DNA of 64,000 bases, taken from contig OY760907.1 in the NCBI GenBank assembly GCA_963664195.1, forward strand, positions 704,001 to 768,000, read 5' to 3'. Both the position numbers and the translations under genes were made by a program. Below, one piece after another: positions 10,569 to 21,294 of the stretch. Origin of the DNA: an uncultured candidate division Zixibacteria bacterium. GTDB taxonomy: Bacteria > Zixibacteria > MSB-5A5 > GN15 > FEB-12. The notes below the pieces were generated by a model that worked only from the letters and a program-made list of their open reading frames with translations, was not told the origin of the DNA and did no database searches. Positions within the stretch are counted from its first letter, which is position 1, and the number at the start of each line of letters is the position of its first letter.

Positions 10569-13500
10569 TTATGCATCAAGCTCTCTCCGCACCGCGGCGG
10601 CAATCGTCTGTAAGGTGAAAGGCTTTTTGACAAAGGCGCCGGCTCCGGATTCCTGCGCTTCCAGGACCCGGCCACTCTCGGAGAATCCTGATACGATGAT
10701 CGCCTTCTGATCGGGCACGATTTCCAAAACGCGTTTGTAGGTCTCGGCTCCGTCGATTCCCGGCGGCATGACCATATCAAGCAACAGAATGTCCTGTGGC
10801 TGTTCTCGAATGAACTCGATAGCCTTCTCGCCGCTGTCCACGGTACGGACCTTGTAACCAAGTTTCTTCAGGAGAGTAGTTGAAAGCTCTCGCTGGATCT
10901 CGTCGTCATCTACCACCAGCACCGTCTCGGTGCCGCCAACAACCTGGGCCGACTCAAGTCCGCTGACCGCGGCACGAGTGATCGGGAAATACAGGTAGAA
11001 CGATGTCCCTTCACCGATTCTGCTGCGCAGGTCAACATACCCGTCGTGGTCGTTTACAACGGCGTCAACGACGCTTAGCCCCAAACCGGAGCCACGCACT
11101 TTGTCAGAGGACTTGGAAGTATAGAAAGGATCGAATATCCGCTGTATGTCCTTCGCAGCGATACCGCATCCGGTATCCGAAATAGTGAGCTTCACGTACT
11201 CGCCCTTAGGGATCCTGCCGTACCGAACCGAGACGTTGTCAGCATAGAAATTAGTGGTTTCGACGGTGATTGTCCCTATTTGCTCCATGGCATCGCGGGC
11301 GTTGTTCAGCAGATTGGATATCGCTCGATGAATCTGTGCCTCTCCCCCCAGGACATTCATGATGTCCGCGGCCAGCTTAAGGTCATAAACGAGTGTCTCG
11401 GACTGCGTTTCAAGTTCTTTGACGGCGTGTAAGACGATCTCGTTCAAATTCAACGGAACTTGATTGTAGTGACCTCTCCTGCCGAGCGTTAGCAGTTGCT
11501 GATTGATATCCGCAATCTGCTGGGCGGCCTTCTCCATACTGCCGAGGAAGGACAGGGCAGCGTGATTCCGAGGAAGCTCGTCTCGAATAAGATCCGGGTA
11601 GGCCGTCAGTGGACCGAGGAGATTATTGAAGTCGTGAGCTACCTGGCCTGCGATTCTGCCCGCCGTTTCCAGACGCTGAGCACGGGACTCAAGTTCCTGC
11701 AGCCGTTTTGTCTCCGTGATATCGAAGAACGTTATCAGCACGTGCTCCATATCACCGTCTTCATTCTTCACCGCAAAGCTGTTGCACGTCAGCCAGGAAA
11801 CGGACTGTTTGTCATCGTGATAGACTCCGACAACGTCACCCTGAGGCCGCCCTCTCCCGGCCAAGACGCTATTCACGGGGTAGTCCTCCGGCAACATATC
11901 CGTGCCGTCTTCGTTTACAAACTTCCATTGAGGGTCAAACGCGGTTTTCCCGATCATCTGATCCATGGTTAAACCGAGGATATCCAAGGCTCGCTGGTTG
12001 CAGTACAACACGGATGTATCCGGGGCGTGAGCAACCACTCCGGCACTGAGATTGTCGAGAAAACCTCGATGCCTTCTTTCGCTCGCCAGCAACGCTTCCT
12101 CGGCCTCTTTGCGGTCTGTTATGTCTCGTCCCACTCCGATGATGGCCGTTACATCGCCATTCTCGTCCAGTATGGCCGAATCCTGCCAACCCAACCACCG
12201 CCACCCACCTTTGGTCATCGCGCGTTGCTCCACATACGCCCGGTGAGGCGGCTGATACAGATCCTCCATCGCCCTTTCAGTAAGTTCCCGGTCATCTTCG
12301 TGGACGAGCGGCATAAACGTCTTCCCGAGCAGTTCTCCCTCCGTCTTGCCGAACAGTCGGCAGTAGGACGGGCTCACGAATCGGAAAGCCCCTTCCGGGT
12401 CCACCTCAACTATGAGATCTGTCTGGTTCTCGACGAGCAGACGGTACTTCTCCTCGCTCTCGCGCAAGGCTGCCTGCGCCTTCCGTCGCTCGGTGATATC
12501 TCGGATAGCGGTAACCCTGAAATCCCCGCCTTCCACATTCCTGGCTTCAATCTCGATTGGGAAAAGCGTACCGTCCTTTTTCTTCGCCATTACCTCGTAC
12601 GGCTTCGCATATTGTCGTGCGACATTCTCATTGACTATCCGGTGATATTCGGGCGGCACACACAGTTCAATTATGCTCTGTCCGATAAGCTCGTCTCTCG
12701 TGTAGCCGAGGATTTCCGTGAGCGACTCGTTGGTGTCGATGACAACGCCCTTCTCGTGGAAGACGATACCTTCAAATGTCAGGCTCGAGAGGTTCTTGAA
12801 TCGCTCCCTGCTCTTTTTGACTTCTTCCTCGGCTTGCTTCTGCTCGGTGATGTCTACCCATTGGCATACGACGTTGGTGAACTCGCCCTTTGCATTCACT
12901 ATGGGGAACATGGACACGTCAATAAACAAGTCCCGGTTCCCCCAGGAGTCAGCACTTCCGACACTTGATGCGTTCCAGGACATCACAAAGCGAGCAGGTT
13001 CCTGTTTGTCGAAAACGGCCATGGCCAACGACATCAACCCCTGCTTCTTTAGGTTTTCGTCCTCAAGCACGTTGTACTTGCCTATCAGTTGCTCATCAGT
13101 GAGGTCCAGAATCTTTCGTAGAGCTCTGTTCGTTCTTAGTAGAAATCCTTCTCGATCTGAGACCCACATCGCAAACGGGCTCATGTTGACAACTTCGTCG
13201 AGAAACGCATTCGTCGATTCCAGAAGTTCCTCGGCTTGCTTGCGCTCGGTGATATCCTCAGCGAATCCTTCGAACTCACCCTCATTCGGGCGAAGAACAC
13301 CTGAGAAACGCGCCCACCAGATAGACCCATCTTTGCGCTTGAAAGGCGTTTCGAAGTTGGCCACTTCCCCCGTTTCCTTCAACTCGGCAATCATACGCTG
13401 TCGAGCGTCGGGATCGACGTACAGATCTGCAACCGAGGTAATAGAGACCAAATCATCCCGAGATTCAAAACCGAACATCTCGGTCATACGATAGTTGACG

Positions 13501-15623
13501 TCGATGAACAGCCCGTCATCAAGCCTTGTGCGAAAGAGCCCAATCTGAGCGTTGTCATACAGACGTCGGTATGTTGCCTCGCTCTCCTTGAGCGCTTGTT
13601 CAACCCGCCGCCGCTCCGTGATGTCCGGAAACGCGACGAATGCCGCAATCAATTGGCCTTCGTCGTTGTATATGGGAGCGGCGTTGACAATCTCCCATCT
13701 CTCACTTCCATCCTTCCTGACTACCCGGATTTCCACACCCGTTGTGGTCTTCCCCTTAAGTGCCAGCGCCAACGGCAGATCTTCGACAGAGATCAGATTC
13801 CCTTCAGAATCGTAGCCTTTCCAAGGCTGTTTCATTTCGAACAGATTGATGCCCTGCTCGATGCTTGGCTCGTCGACGAATCGGAGGTGCTCCGCACACG
13901 CTCTGTTGTACGTTAGCTCCCCTGTCGGCCTGGCAATTATCATGGGGATCGGTGACTGTTCGATTACGCCCTGGAACAGCGCGTGCGACTCTGCAAGCTC
14001 CCGCTCGGCCCGCTTGCTCTCAGTGATATCGGTCACGATGCCTTCAATGGCAATCGGTGCGCCCGTATCGTCTCGCACGAGCAGGTTGCGCTGGTTCATC
14101 CAGCGGACCTCGCCGGATCGGTGGATAATCTGATACTCATAGGTAGGCGACATCTCATCTGCAAGCAGCTTTTCCCACTCTTCCTTGAAATACTCATGCC
14201 AGTCGGGGTGAATGACATCTCTCATCAGCAACGAAGATTCCTTAAACTCCTCCGGAGCGTACCCGAATAATGACGAAGATGCCGGACTCACGTACTCATA
14301 ACGACCGTCCGGCAAAGACATCCGATAGATCATGTCGGGCGCGTTCTCAGCCAAACGACGGAATCTCTCCTCACTTTCTTTCAGGGCTTTCTGCGAACGC
14401 TTGCGGTCGGCGATATCGCTGCACACGCCGACCATACGGGCCAGCTGCCCTTGATCATCGCGAAACAGCGTCCCCCGCACCTCAATCCAGCCTTCCTCGC
14501 CATCTCCCCGAATAATCCGGTGCTCGTATTGGATCTTCGCCTGATCCTTGCTCGTCTGCAGAAAACGTTTGACGCCCTGCTCTACTTCCTCACGATCCTC
14601 CGGAGCGGCGAAATTCATATATGCGTCCAACGTACCGCCGAATTCACTCGCATCAATCCCAAAGATGCGAAGCGTTTCAGGCGACCAAACGACTTTGTCC
14701 TTCTGTAAGTCCCACTCCCAGGTGCCCATTTGAGCCGCCTGAAGAGCGAGGCTGAGATGTCGCTGGCTCTCTCGAAGGGCATCCTCTGCCCGCTGGCGGT
14801 CAGACATGTCCAACCCCAGCCCGACCAGATACGTCTTGCCCTCAAGCACCATTCGTTCGCCGGTGAAGTAATACGGTATCTTCTCTCCGGTCTTGGTGAG
14901 AAGATGATTCTCCATGATAGAGTGTCCCCGATCGTACACTTCCTGCATTCGTTCTGCGCACAGATCTCGGTCGGCCACGAGGTCCAACGCCGTCATCTCA
15001 TCCAACTCAGCCTCGGAGTATCCCGTTATCTGGGGCCAATTGGCATTCCTTCGGAAAAGCTTCGCGCTAGTTTCCTCAAAGACGTAGAGCAGTCCCGGCA
15101 TACTCTTCGCCATTGTCTCACTGAATGTCGTTTCAGCCCGTAATCGTTCCTCAGTGAGCTTTCTCTGAGTGAAGTCCTGGGAAAGGACCATAGCTGTCTC
15201 GACCTTACCGTTGGCGTCGCGTATCGGATGTATGGTGGACAACAGCCAGCGTTCGCCACCCAAGAAATCCACAAAGTCTACGTTCTCAGCAGGCTCACCG
15301 GAATCGATAACTTTTCGAACACGATCAATGCACTCTTCGGCGACCTGAGTACGGGGTTCGATTTCGTGGAATGATCGCCCAACAAAATCCTCCGGTTCGC
15401 GCCCAATGAGATTCGCGACTTTGCGGTTTATCAGCAGGCAGATACCGTCCCGATCGTATATCGAGATCAGCAGATCGACATTGTCGATCAGCAGTCGGTA
15501 CGAATCAGGGGTAAAAGTCTCTGTACCGCCCCTTGCTCCCTGTTTCCCCTGCAAGGAGACTTGCTCCCTCAGTTGCTCAAGTTCCTCGATCAGCTGCTTC
15601 TTGGTCTTTCGATTGTCATTCAT
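10569..15623 (-). CDS. Cytoplasmic multi-PAS (~10) hybrid histidine kinase with receiver
   Basis: Repeated PAS/PAC units ending DITE/DIT; H-box AHDFNNLL; G-boxes DTGCGI, GSGLGL; C-terminal receiver VLVVDDD...LLDMVMP...KPF. Confidence 0.93.
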   Translation of the reverse strand: MNDNRKTKKQLIEELEQLREQVSLQGKQGARGGTETFTPDSYRLLIDNVDLLISIYDRDGICLLINRKVANLIGREPEDFVGRSFHEIEPRTQVAEECIDRVRKVIDSGEPAENVDFVDFLGGERWLLSTIHPIRDANGKVETAMVLSQDFTQRKLTEERLRAETTFSETMAKSMPGLLYVFEETSAKLFRRNANWPQITGYSEAELDEMTALDLVADRDLCAERMQEVYDRGHSIMENHLLTKTGEKIPYYFTGERMVLEGKTYLVGLGLDMSDRQRAEDALRESQRHLSLALQAAQMGTWEWDLQKDKVVWSPETLRIFGIDASEFGGTLDAYMNFAAPEDREEVEQGVKRFLQTSKDQAKIQYEHRIIRGDGEEGWIEVRGTLFRDDQGQLARMVGVCSDIADRKRSQKALKESEERFRRLAENAPDMIYRMSLPDGRYEYVSPASSSLFGYAPEEFKESSLLMRDVIHPDWHEYFKEEWEKLLADEMSPTYEYQIIHRSGEVRWMNQRNLLVRDDTGAPIAIEGIVTDITESKRAERELAESHALFQGVIEQSPIPMIIARPTGELTYNRACAEHLRFVDEPSIEQGINLFEMKQPWKGYDSEGNLISVEDLPLALALKGKTTTGVEIRVVRKDGSERWEIVNAAPIYNDEGQLIAAFVAFPDITERRRVEQALKESEATYRRLYDNAQIGLFRTRLDDGLFIDVNYRMTEMFGFESRDDLVSITSVADLYVDPDARQRMIAELKETGEVANFETPFKRKDGSIWWARFSGVLRPNEGEFEGFAEDITERKQAEELLESTNAFLDEVVNMSPFAMWVSDREGFLLRTNRALRKILDLTDEQLIGKYNVLEDENLKKQGLMSLAMAVFDKQEPARFVMSWNASSVGSADSWGNRDLFIDVSMFPIVNAKGEFTNVVCQWVDITEQKQAEEEVKKSRERFKNLSSLTFEGIVFHEKGVVIDTNESLTEILGYTRDELIGQSIIELCVPPEYHRIVNENVARQYAKPYEVMAKKKDGTLFPIEIEARNVEGGDFRVTAIRDITERRKAQAALRESEEKYRLLVENQTDLIVEVDPEGAFRFVSPSYCRLFGKTEGELLGKTFMPLVHEDDRELTERAMEDLYQPPHRAYVEQRAMTKGGWRWLGWQDSAILDENGDVTAIIGVGRDITDRKEAEEALLASERRHRGFLDNLSAGVVAHAPDTSVLYCNQRALDILGLTMDQMIGKTAFDPQWKFVNEDGTDMLPEDYPVNSVLAGRGRPQGDVVGVYHDDKQSVSWLTCNSFAVKNEDGDMEHVLITFFDITETKRLQELESRAQRLETAGRIAGQVAHDFNNLLGPLTAYPDLIRDELPRNHAALSFLGSMEKAAQQIADINQQLLTLGRRGHYNQVPLNLNEIVLHAVKELETQSETLVYDLKLAADIMNVLGGEAQIHRAISNLLNNARDAMEQIGTITVETTNFYADNVSVRYGRIPKGEYVKLTISDTGCGIAAKDIQRIFDPFYTSKSSDKVRGSGLGLSVVDAVVNDHDGYVDLRSRIGEGTSFYLYFPITRAAVSGLESAQVVGGTETVLVVDDDEIQRELSTTLLKKLGYKVRTVDSGEKAIEFIREQPQDILLLDMVMPPGIDGAETYKRVLEIVPDQKAIIVSGFSESGRVLEAQESGAGAFVKKPFTLQTIAAAVRRELDA

Positions 15624-15891
15624 GCGATCATCTCACGATAGTACCCCACGGCCCCCTGCCGTGCCTGGTCGTTGAGTGTGCTAGCTGCCCATAACAATTA
15701 TGGGAATCGGGCAGCAATCGGCAACAAAAACAAGCACCTGCCGTACAGACCCCGACGGCCTAACAGCCATGGCGATAACTGGTTATGTCTATCGCGATGG
15801 CAACCCGGTTTGCCCTTGTTGAATATGTTCGGCAATCGGCGGTATAATCTGAGGAAACTGGCCCTATGAGTGACTGAGGAGGTGATCCGTT

Positions 15892-16074
15892 ATGGTCTTC
15901 TTTGAAGAACGGAATGACCTAGCTCCGAGATGTCCACACTGCAAAAAAGAATTGAGGAAAGTGTGCTACCAGGAGCTAAAAGGGGATTTGGGCAAGCGGT
16001 GCGTTTACTTCTGCCCGGAATGCAAGTCGGTGCTGGGTGTATCCCACCGCAAGGGATTAACGTTCGGCTGGTAG
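15892..16074 (+). CDS. Small Cys-rich (zinc-ribbon-like) protein, 60 aa
   Basis: GGAGGTG RBS, TATAAT at 15843, CPHC...CPEC pairs. Confidence 0.7.
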   Translation: MVFFEERNDLAPRCPHCKKELRKVCYQELKGDLGKRCVYFCPECKSVLGVSHRKGLTFGW

Positions 16075-16122
16075 ATAGAAACGGCCAAGGATGGAGAGGA
16101 GTTCCCCTGAACACGTGAAGCT

Positions 16123-16149
16123 GGGGCAGACGACACGTCTGCCGCCCAC
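16123..16149 (-). repeat. REP-like hairpin family 1 (GTGGGCGGCAGACG-n-CGTCTGCCCC)
   Basis: Same element at 26572, 28679, 30887, 31505, 46958, 49577, 63212. Confidence 0.8.
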
Positions 16150-16215
16150 AACATGAAGGCAAGTGAGCGGCGGGGTTTCATCCCCGCCGCATCAGGCCAT
16201 CGTCAGGTCAACGAG

Positions 16216-16731
16216 TTATTTCTCGCCAAGCATGTCCTTGATCTTGCGGAGCGTCTCCGGGTCGGCATCGTCGATCCTGTTTTTCAGATCGCTCTGCAGT
16301 TCCACTTTTTCCGCAAGCACTTCCTCGTCGGCAGAAGTATCCATACCGAGGATTTTCTTGATCGCGGCGACGTAGTTCTTCGGCTTCACCGGTTTCTCCA
16401 GATACACTCCGGGACCGGACATGGTCAATTCCTTCAGATCAGCCTTACCGAGATCATCACGGGCATGACCGGTAACAATGATGATAGGAATCTGCGACCA
16501 TTTGTCGCTCTTGGAGAGTTCACGATGCAGCTTGGCACCAGACTTCTTGGGCATCACGAGGTCGAGTGAGATCAGATCCGGCGGGTGTTTCTCGATCTCT
16601 TCGAGCGCCTCAAAGCCGTCTGATGCCACCGTCACGTCAAAGCCGGCTTCAATCAGCGCCGTCTTGAGAAACACTCGCACATCAGCTTCATCATCAACGA
16701 CCAGGATTCTTCTTTTGGCCTCTTCCGCCAT
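16216..16731 (-). CDS. Response regulator (receiver plus short helical tail)
   Basis: ILVVDDE...DLISLDLVMPKKSG...YLEKP. Confidence 0.9.
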   Translation of the reverse strand: MAEEAKRRILVVDDEADVRVFLKTALIEAGFDVTVASDGFEALEEIEKHPPDLISLDLVMPKKSGAKLHRELSKSDKWSQIPIIIVTGHARDDLGKADLKELTMSGPGVYLEKPVKPKNYVAAIKKILGMDTSADEEVLAEKVELQSDLKNRIDDADPETLRKIKDMLGEK

Positions 16732-16741
16732 GGTACTCTCC

Positions 16742-18235
16742 TTATGAGAAATCTTCGTTTTTCTTCAAACTGGCGCTTTCCTTGAAAAGCGTAATCAGTC
16801 GCCTCCGCGGGAACTCCATCCTGAATCGCGCCCCCTGGCCCGGCTCGGATTCAACTATTATCTTGCCGCCGTGCTCCTGGACAATCTTCCGCGTGGTCAA
16901 CAGCCCCAATCCGGTCCCCTCGCCACCCTTCGTCGTGAAGAACGTACTAAATATCTTCTTTTTTATCTCGTAGTCAATTCCGCTGCCGTTATCGGAGACC
17001 TCAAAAACCAGCTTGTCTCCTGACTCGCGTATTGCCAGTACTACCTCGGAACCTTTCTGCTCTCCCATCTGGCAGGCGTCAATTGCATTCGAGACCAGAT
17101 TGGTCAGACAGGTGTGGATGCCATCTGGATCCAGCGGAGCTTTCTTGATACTGCCCATGATCTCGGCCCTGAGTTCAATACCGGATTGTTTGGCAATGTC
17201 ATGATAGAGATCCACAATCTCGGCGGCGAGCTTGCACGGATCAACCAGTTTCAACTCGGGCAGCCTTCCCTTGGAGAAGCTCAGGAAATCCTTCACCAGC
17301 GAGGTCGTCTTGGTGAAGTTTCTGTCGAGCATCTCCCAGCCTTCACTAATCATGTCTGAGTCGCCCTTCTGCAGACCAAGGCTCACAATATACTTGCCGC
17401 CCTCCAGCCCCATGAGAATGTTCTTGATACTGTGAGCCAAACCGGCCACGGTTTGCCCCACGGCGCCGAGTCGTTCGGCCTCAAGCATATCGCGCTCGAG
17501 TTTGCGAATCGCCGACACATCGTTGGATATCTCGATCACGTGCCCCACTTCGCCCCCGTCGCGAGATAATGCCGACGTCGTCACGTCATAGTATATCTCC
17601 TGTCCCCTCTTGCCGGTCCCGTGCTGGTTTGACCGATGCACCTTGCCGTCCCGGAACGTTCGTGCCGCGGGACAGTTTGGACATTTCGTGGAGCGCCGCT
17701 TGTACACTTCGTAACAGTGCCGGTTGAGAACATCGCCGAAACTGGCCCGAAACGCCTCGTTGGCACGTACAATCCGGTAGTCCTTGTCTATAACCGTTAT
17801 GTAGCAGGGAACCCGGTCGAAGAGGATCTGATATTCCTGCTGCCAGCTTCTTGTGCCGGTGACACTGCGAGTCATCTCCACAACGTACTGCAACGGTCCG
17901 CCCTCGCTCTGTTTCAACGGCGCGACATGGCCGACATAGTGCATTCGGTTCCCGTGCTGATCAATCCCAACCGCATCGGCAACGACCACCTTGCCGTTTT
18001 CAAACACTCTCTTGGCCGGACATTCATCACACGGACAGTGCAGTTTCTTGTACACTGCATAACACTTCTTGCCCCGCCACTCTCCAAAATGTCGTTCGAA
18101 AGCATCGTTGGCGTCGACGACATTGAAGTCGCGATCGACTACGGCGATGTTGTACGGGATCTCCTGGAACAGCGTCTCACAAAGGACATCTCGAAGCCGC
18201 CGGGGAAAACCCGATCTGCCGTCAGTGGAACTCAT
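16742..18235 (-). CDS. Two-PAS sensor histidine kinase
   Basis: AHSIKNIL H-box, NLVSNAIDA N-box, GTGLGL; both PAS domains carry C-Y/CP-x-CP Cys clusters. Confidence 0.9.
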   Translation of the reverse strand: MSSTDGRSGFPRRLRDVLCETLFQEIPYNIAVVDRDFNVVDANDAFERHFGEWRGKKCYAVYKKLHCPCDECPAKRVFENGKVVVADAVGIDQHGNRMHYVGHVAPLKQSEGGPLQYVVEMTRSVTGTRSWQQEYQILFDRVPCYITVIDKDYRIVRANEAFRASFGDVLNRHCYEVYKRRSTKCPNCPAARTFRDGKVHRSNQHGTGKRGQEIYYDVTTSALSRDGGEVGHVIEISNDVSAIRKLERDMLEAERLGAVGQTVAGLAHSIKNILMGLEGGKYIVSLGLQKGDSDMISEGWEMLDRNFTKTTSLVKDFLSFSKGRLPELKLVDPCKLAAEIVDLYHDIAKQSGIELRAEIMGSIKKAPLDPDGIHTCLTNLVSNAIDACQMGEQKGSEVVLAIRESGDKLVFEVSDNGSGIDYEIKKKIFSTFFTTKGGEGTGLGLLTTRKIVQEHGGKIIVESEPGQGARFRMEFPRRRLITLFKESASLKKNEDFS

Positions 18236-18648
18236 GCCTTACCCCGTTTCTCTCTCTTTCGATCCGAAGTAATCAGTCCGGAGATTGTCTTCACGAACTC
18301 ATCCGGGTCAATCGGCTTCTCCAGAAAACGGTCTGGAGGCGGCACAGATTCATCCGGCATATACGAACGAAAATCAAACTCCTTTTCAAATGCCACCCCG
18401 CTGATGATGACGACCGGAACACCGGTCAGCGTCGCATCCTGTTTGAGATATGCGTACAGGGAAATACCGGACTTCTTCGGCATCATGATATCAAGACAAA
18501 TAACGGCCGGTGCCATCTCACTGACTTTCGCTATCGCAGAGTCGACATCGTGTACCACCGACGGATCATACCCGTTGGCCCGAAGGATCGTGGCCAGGTA
18601 AGTGGCCACGTCCGGTTCATCGTCAACTATCAGAACCCTTGTGGACAT
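18232..18648 (-). CDS. Single-domain response regulator
   Basis: VLIVDDE...CLDIMMPKKSG...FLEKP. Confidence 0.9.
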   Translation of the reverse strand: MSTRVLIVDDEPDVATYLATILRANGYDPSVVHDVDSAIAKVSEMAPAVICLDIMMPKKSGISLYAYLKQDATLTGVPVVIISGVAFEKEFDFRSYMPDESVPPPDRFLEKPIDPDEFVKTISGLITSDRKREKRGKA

Positions 18649-20531
18649 TACTGCCCTTTCGTTTCCCCGTTGTTGTCAAGAATTTGCTTCGGCAGAGTCA
18701 CGCTGCCATCACTTGCGCGTCTGGCCAGCTCATAGTCGATACCACCAACCATGTGAGCGAGTGGCGCCTGGGCGTGACAGTTGGTGCAAAGCGTCAGCCG
18801 CGCGTATGTGGAATCCGCCTTGACCTTCGTCTCATGACACTCGATACACTGCTTGTGCATGGCATCAACGTACGACACTGCCATGTAGTCGTCAACAACC
18901 ACCGTGTTTCCGGCCGGGAACAAATCAGTATGGCAGTCCTTGCACCCCTTGGCTGTCGAGGCCTGTCTTTCCTTGCCCTTTTCATGGCAGTTGCTGCACT
19001 TCAGATTGCCGCCATCGGCAGAGGCGTGCCAGTCATGCCTGAAGACATCGGTTTCTGCGTACATGCTGCGGTGACACTCCCAGCATCCGGTTTCCTTGTC
19101 CATCGGCTTGTTCATGTGATGACACTTTACACAGGATTCCGTTTTGCCGAGCGTGTCGACATGGAAAGCATGCTTGAAACTGGTGCCGAACATATCCCGG
19201 TTGCCATCGATAAACTGCACGTCGCCGCCGCGAGCCTTTTCAACCGTGATCCTCTCGATGCCCTTGCCCTCGATTTTGCTCTCGGGCATCAATGCCATGC
19301 CGAACGCAAACGCGAGCACGAACACCAGCGTGTATCGCGTGCGAGCAGCCGTGAACGGAGAACCGAGCCACACGTTGGAGGCATAATCAAACGACGGCGT
19401 TTCATGTGGATTAGATTCCGGGTGTTTCGGACGGTGATCCCAAATATGGAAATGTTCAATGGCAAACAGGAACGCCAGACCGGCTACCGAAACGACGCCG
19501 AGACTGATGGTAAGTTCCATCCACGAAGGGACGTACGCCAGCCCGCCGTCGGAGTTCATCGCCAGACCGCCGACATTGATGCGATTGAAGACCATCCCGG
19601 CAACGACAAGGAACGAACCGATCCATTGTCCGCCGACACTATTGCGCGTCCTGGGAATAGCAAAGATTACTATCGGAATAACCGCGGACATCAGGATTTC
19701 TATGATGAACAAAATGCTCTGGCGTGAGCCTTCAAAAATCAACCCGAATTCCCCGGAGTAGACGATTTCGCCCATCTTCAGCACGAAGTAAATCGACAGC
19801 ACCCACAATGCCGCCTTGCTGAGTCCGGCAACAAGATTGTGTTCGGATTCCTTGCGATAGATCCAGTGCGAGGCGAGGCTCTCAAACGACACCATTCCCA
19901 ATCCGAGCGCCGCGGCCGAGATGAAGAACAGCACCGGCATGATCGGCGTGTACCACAATGCATGCAGTTTGTGCGGCATAATCAGGAACAGCGAACCGAG
20001 CGATGACTGGTGCAGCGTCGAAAGCATGATCCCCAGCATCACCAGCGGGAATCGGACCTTCATCAGCAAGGCACGAATCTTCGCATACCGTGAAGCCTCT
20101 TCAAGCGGTACCGGGCTGAATTCAAGAAGCAGCACAGTCGTGTAAAGCATCACACACCAGCCAACTTCAAACAGCGGTGAATGAGGATTCCAGTGAATCA
20201 TCATGTGCCAGATATTCCACGGCAACCCGAGATCAAACAACAAGCCGAAAATAACCGCGAGATAGCCAAGGAAAGCTGTCAGCACTGCCGGCTTCACGAG
20301 ATCGTGATACTTTTCCTGCTTGAAGATATAGAAAATGGCGGTCATGACAAAACCGCCGCCAGCCAGCGCCACACCGGCCATGACGTCGAACCCAATCCAG
20401 AAGCCCCACGGTGTTGCGTCGGTCAGGTTGGTAGTCGCACCGAGTCCCATGATGAACCGGGTCAAACCAACAGCCGCTGCCAGCCCGAGAATCGTCCAGA
20501 GGACGGTTTTTACGTTCTGTACCCTATTCAT
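18648..20531 (-). CDS. NrfD/HybB/HmcC-family membrane subunit fused to a C-terminal hexaheme c-type (cytochrome c3-like) domain
   Basis: PWGFWIGFDV, DLGLPW, SPLFEV, LSTLHQSSLGSL; six CxxCH motifs (CVKCH, CWECH, CSNCH, CKDCH, CIECH, CTNCH); start taken at MNRVQ, overlapping the upstream stop. Confidence 0.88.
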   Translation of the reverse strand: MNRVQNVKTVLWTILGLAAAVGLTRFIMGLGATTNLTDATPWGFWIGFDVMAGVALAGGGFVMTAIFYIFKQEKYHDLVKPAVLTAFLGYLAVIFGLLFDLGLPWNIWHMMIHWNPHSPLFEVGWCVMLYTTVLLLEFSPVPLEEASRYAKIRALLMKVRFPLVMLGIMLSTLHQSSLGSLFLIMPHKLHALWYTPIMPVLFFISAAALGLGMVSFESLASHWIYRKESEHNLVAGLSKAALWVLSIYFVLKMGEIVYSGEFGLIFEGSRQSILFIIEILMSAVIPIVIFAIPRTRNSVGGQWIGSFLVVAGMVFNRINVGGLAMNSDGGLAYVPSWMELTISLGVVSVAGLAFLFAIEHFHIWDHRPKHPESNPHETPSFDYASNVWLGSPFTAARTRYTLVFVLAFAFGMALMPESKIEGKGIERITVEKARGGDVQFIDGNRDMFGTSFKHAFHVDTLGKTESCVKCHHMNKPMDKETGCWECHRSMYAETDVFRHDWHASADGGNLKCSNCHEKGKERQASTAKGCKDCHTDLFPAGNTVVVDDYMAVSYVDAMHKQCIECHETKVKADSTYARLTLCTNCHAQAPLAHMVGGIDYELARRASDGSVTLPKQILDNNGETKGQ

Positions 20532-21294
20532 CAGTTTGATCCTCGTCTTCGTTTGTCTTCTTCGCCAGCTCCATACGACGCTTGACGATCCAGTTAATAC
20601 CATACATGACGCCCCCCATGCCGAGGAACGCAAACGGCACGGCTTTCATCGCCGTATCGGTTGTTCCCGGCAGCGAGGCGATGCCTGCGGCAGACTCGGA
20701 AGTCAGGAAGCTCAGGTCAATATCGGAAAGATACAGCACTGAGGTACCGCCGTATTCATGCTCACCCCAGACCTTGTTGATGTATTTGTCCGGATTGTCC
20801 TTGATCCGTTTGTGGGCCTCGGCAATCAGCTTATCCCGATCACCGAAAATCGTCGCACCGGTAGGACAGGCCGAAGTACATCCCGGCTGACCGCCGTTTT
20901 TGATCTTGTCAAAACACAGGATACACTTGCGGACATACGGCACCGGCTCGTCCCAATCGTAGCGAGGGATACCGTACGGGCAGGCCATCATACAGTAACG
21001 ACAGCCCATACACAGGTCGCCGTCATATACCACCGCGCCGGTTTCCGTGCGCTGAAGAGCGCCCACCGGGCAGACCGAAACGCAAGCCGGTTCAAGACAG
21101 TGACGGCACTGTTTGCGGACAAAATGCTTGTCGGGTTTCCTCAGAATCGAGGTCCAGTTCTTCGCAGACAGACCGTCGTCTTTTTGCCACGTACGCGGCG
21201 TATCAAGACCAAGGTTGTTGACCGACTTGCAGCCCGCCACACATTCAAGGCACCCGATACACTTGGTGACATCAGTCAGAATCGCGGCGCTCAT
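20524..21294 (-). CDS. HybA/HmcB-type 4x[4Fe-4S] electron-transfer subunit
   Basis: CIGCLECVAGC, CRHCLEPACVSVCP, CMGCRYCMMACP, KCILC...CTSACP; C-terminal TM helix. Confidence 0.9.
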   Translation of the reverse strand: MSAAILTDVTKCIGCLECVAGCKSVNNLGLDTPRTWQKDDGLSAKNWTSILRKPDKHFVRKQCRHCLEPACVSVCPVGALQRTETGAVVYDGDLCMGCRYCMMACPYGIPRYDWDEPVPYVRKCILCFDKIKNGGQPGCTSACPTGATIFGDRDKLIAEAHKRIKDNPDKYINKVWGEHEYGGTSVLYLSDIDLSFLTSESAAGIASLPGTTDTAMKAVPFAFLGMGGVMYGINWIVKRRMELAKKTNEDEDQTDE

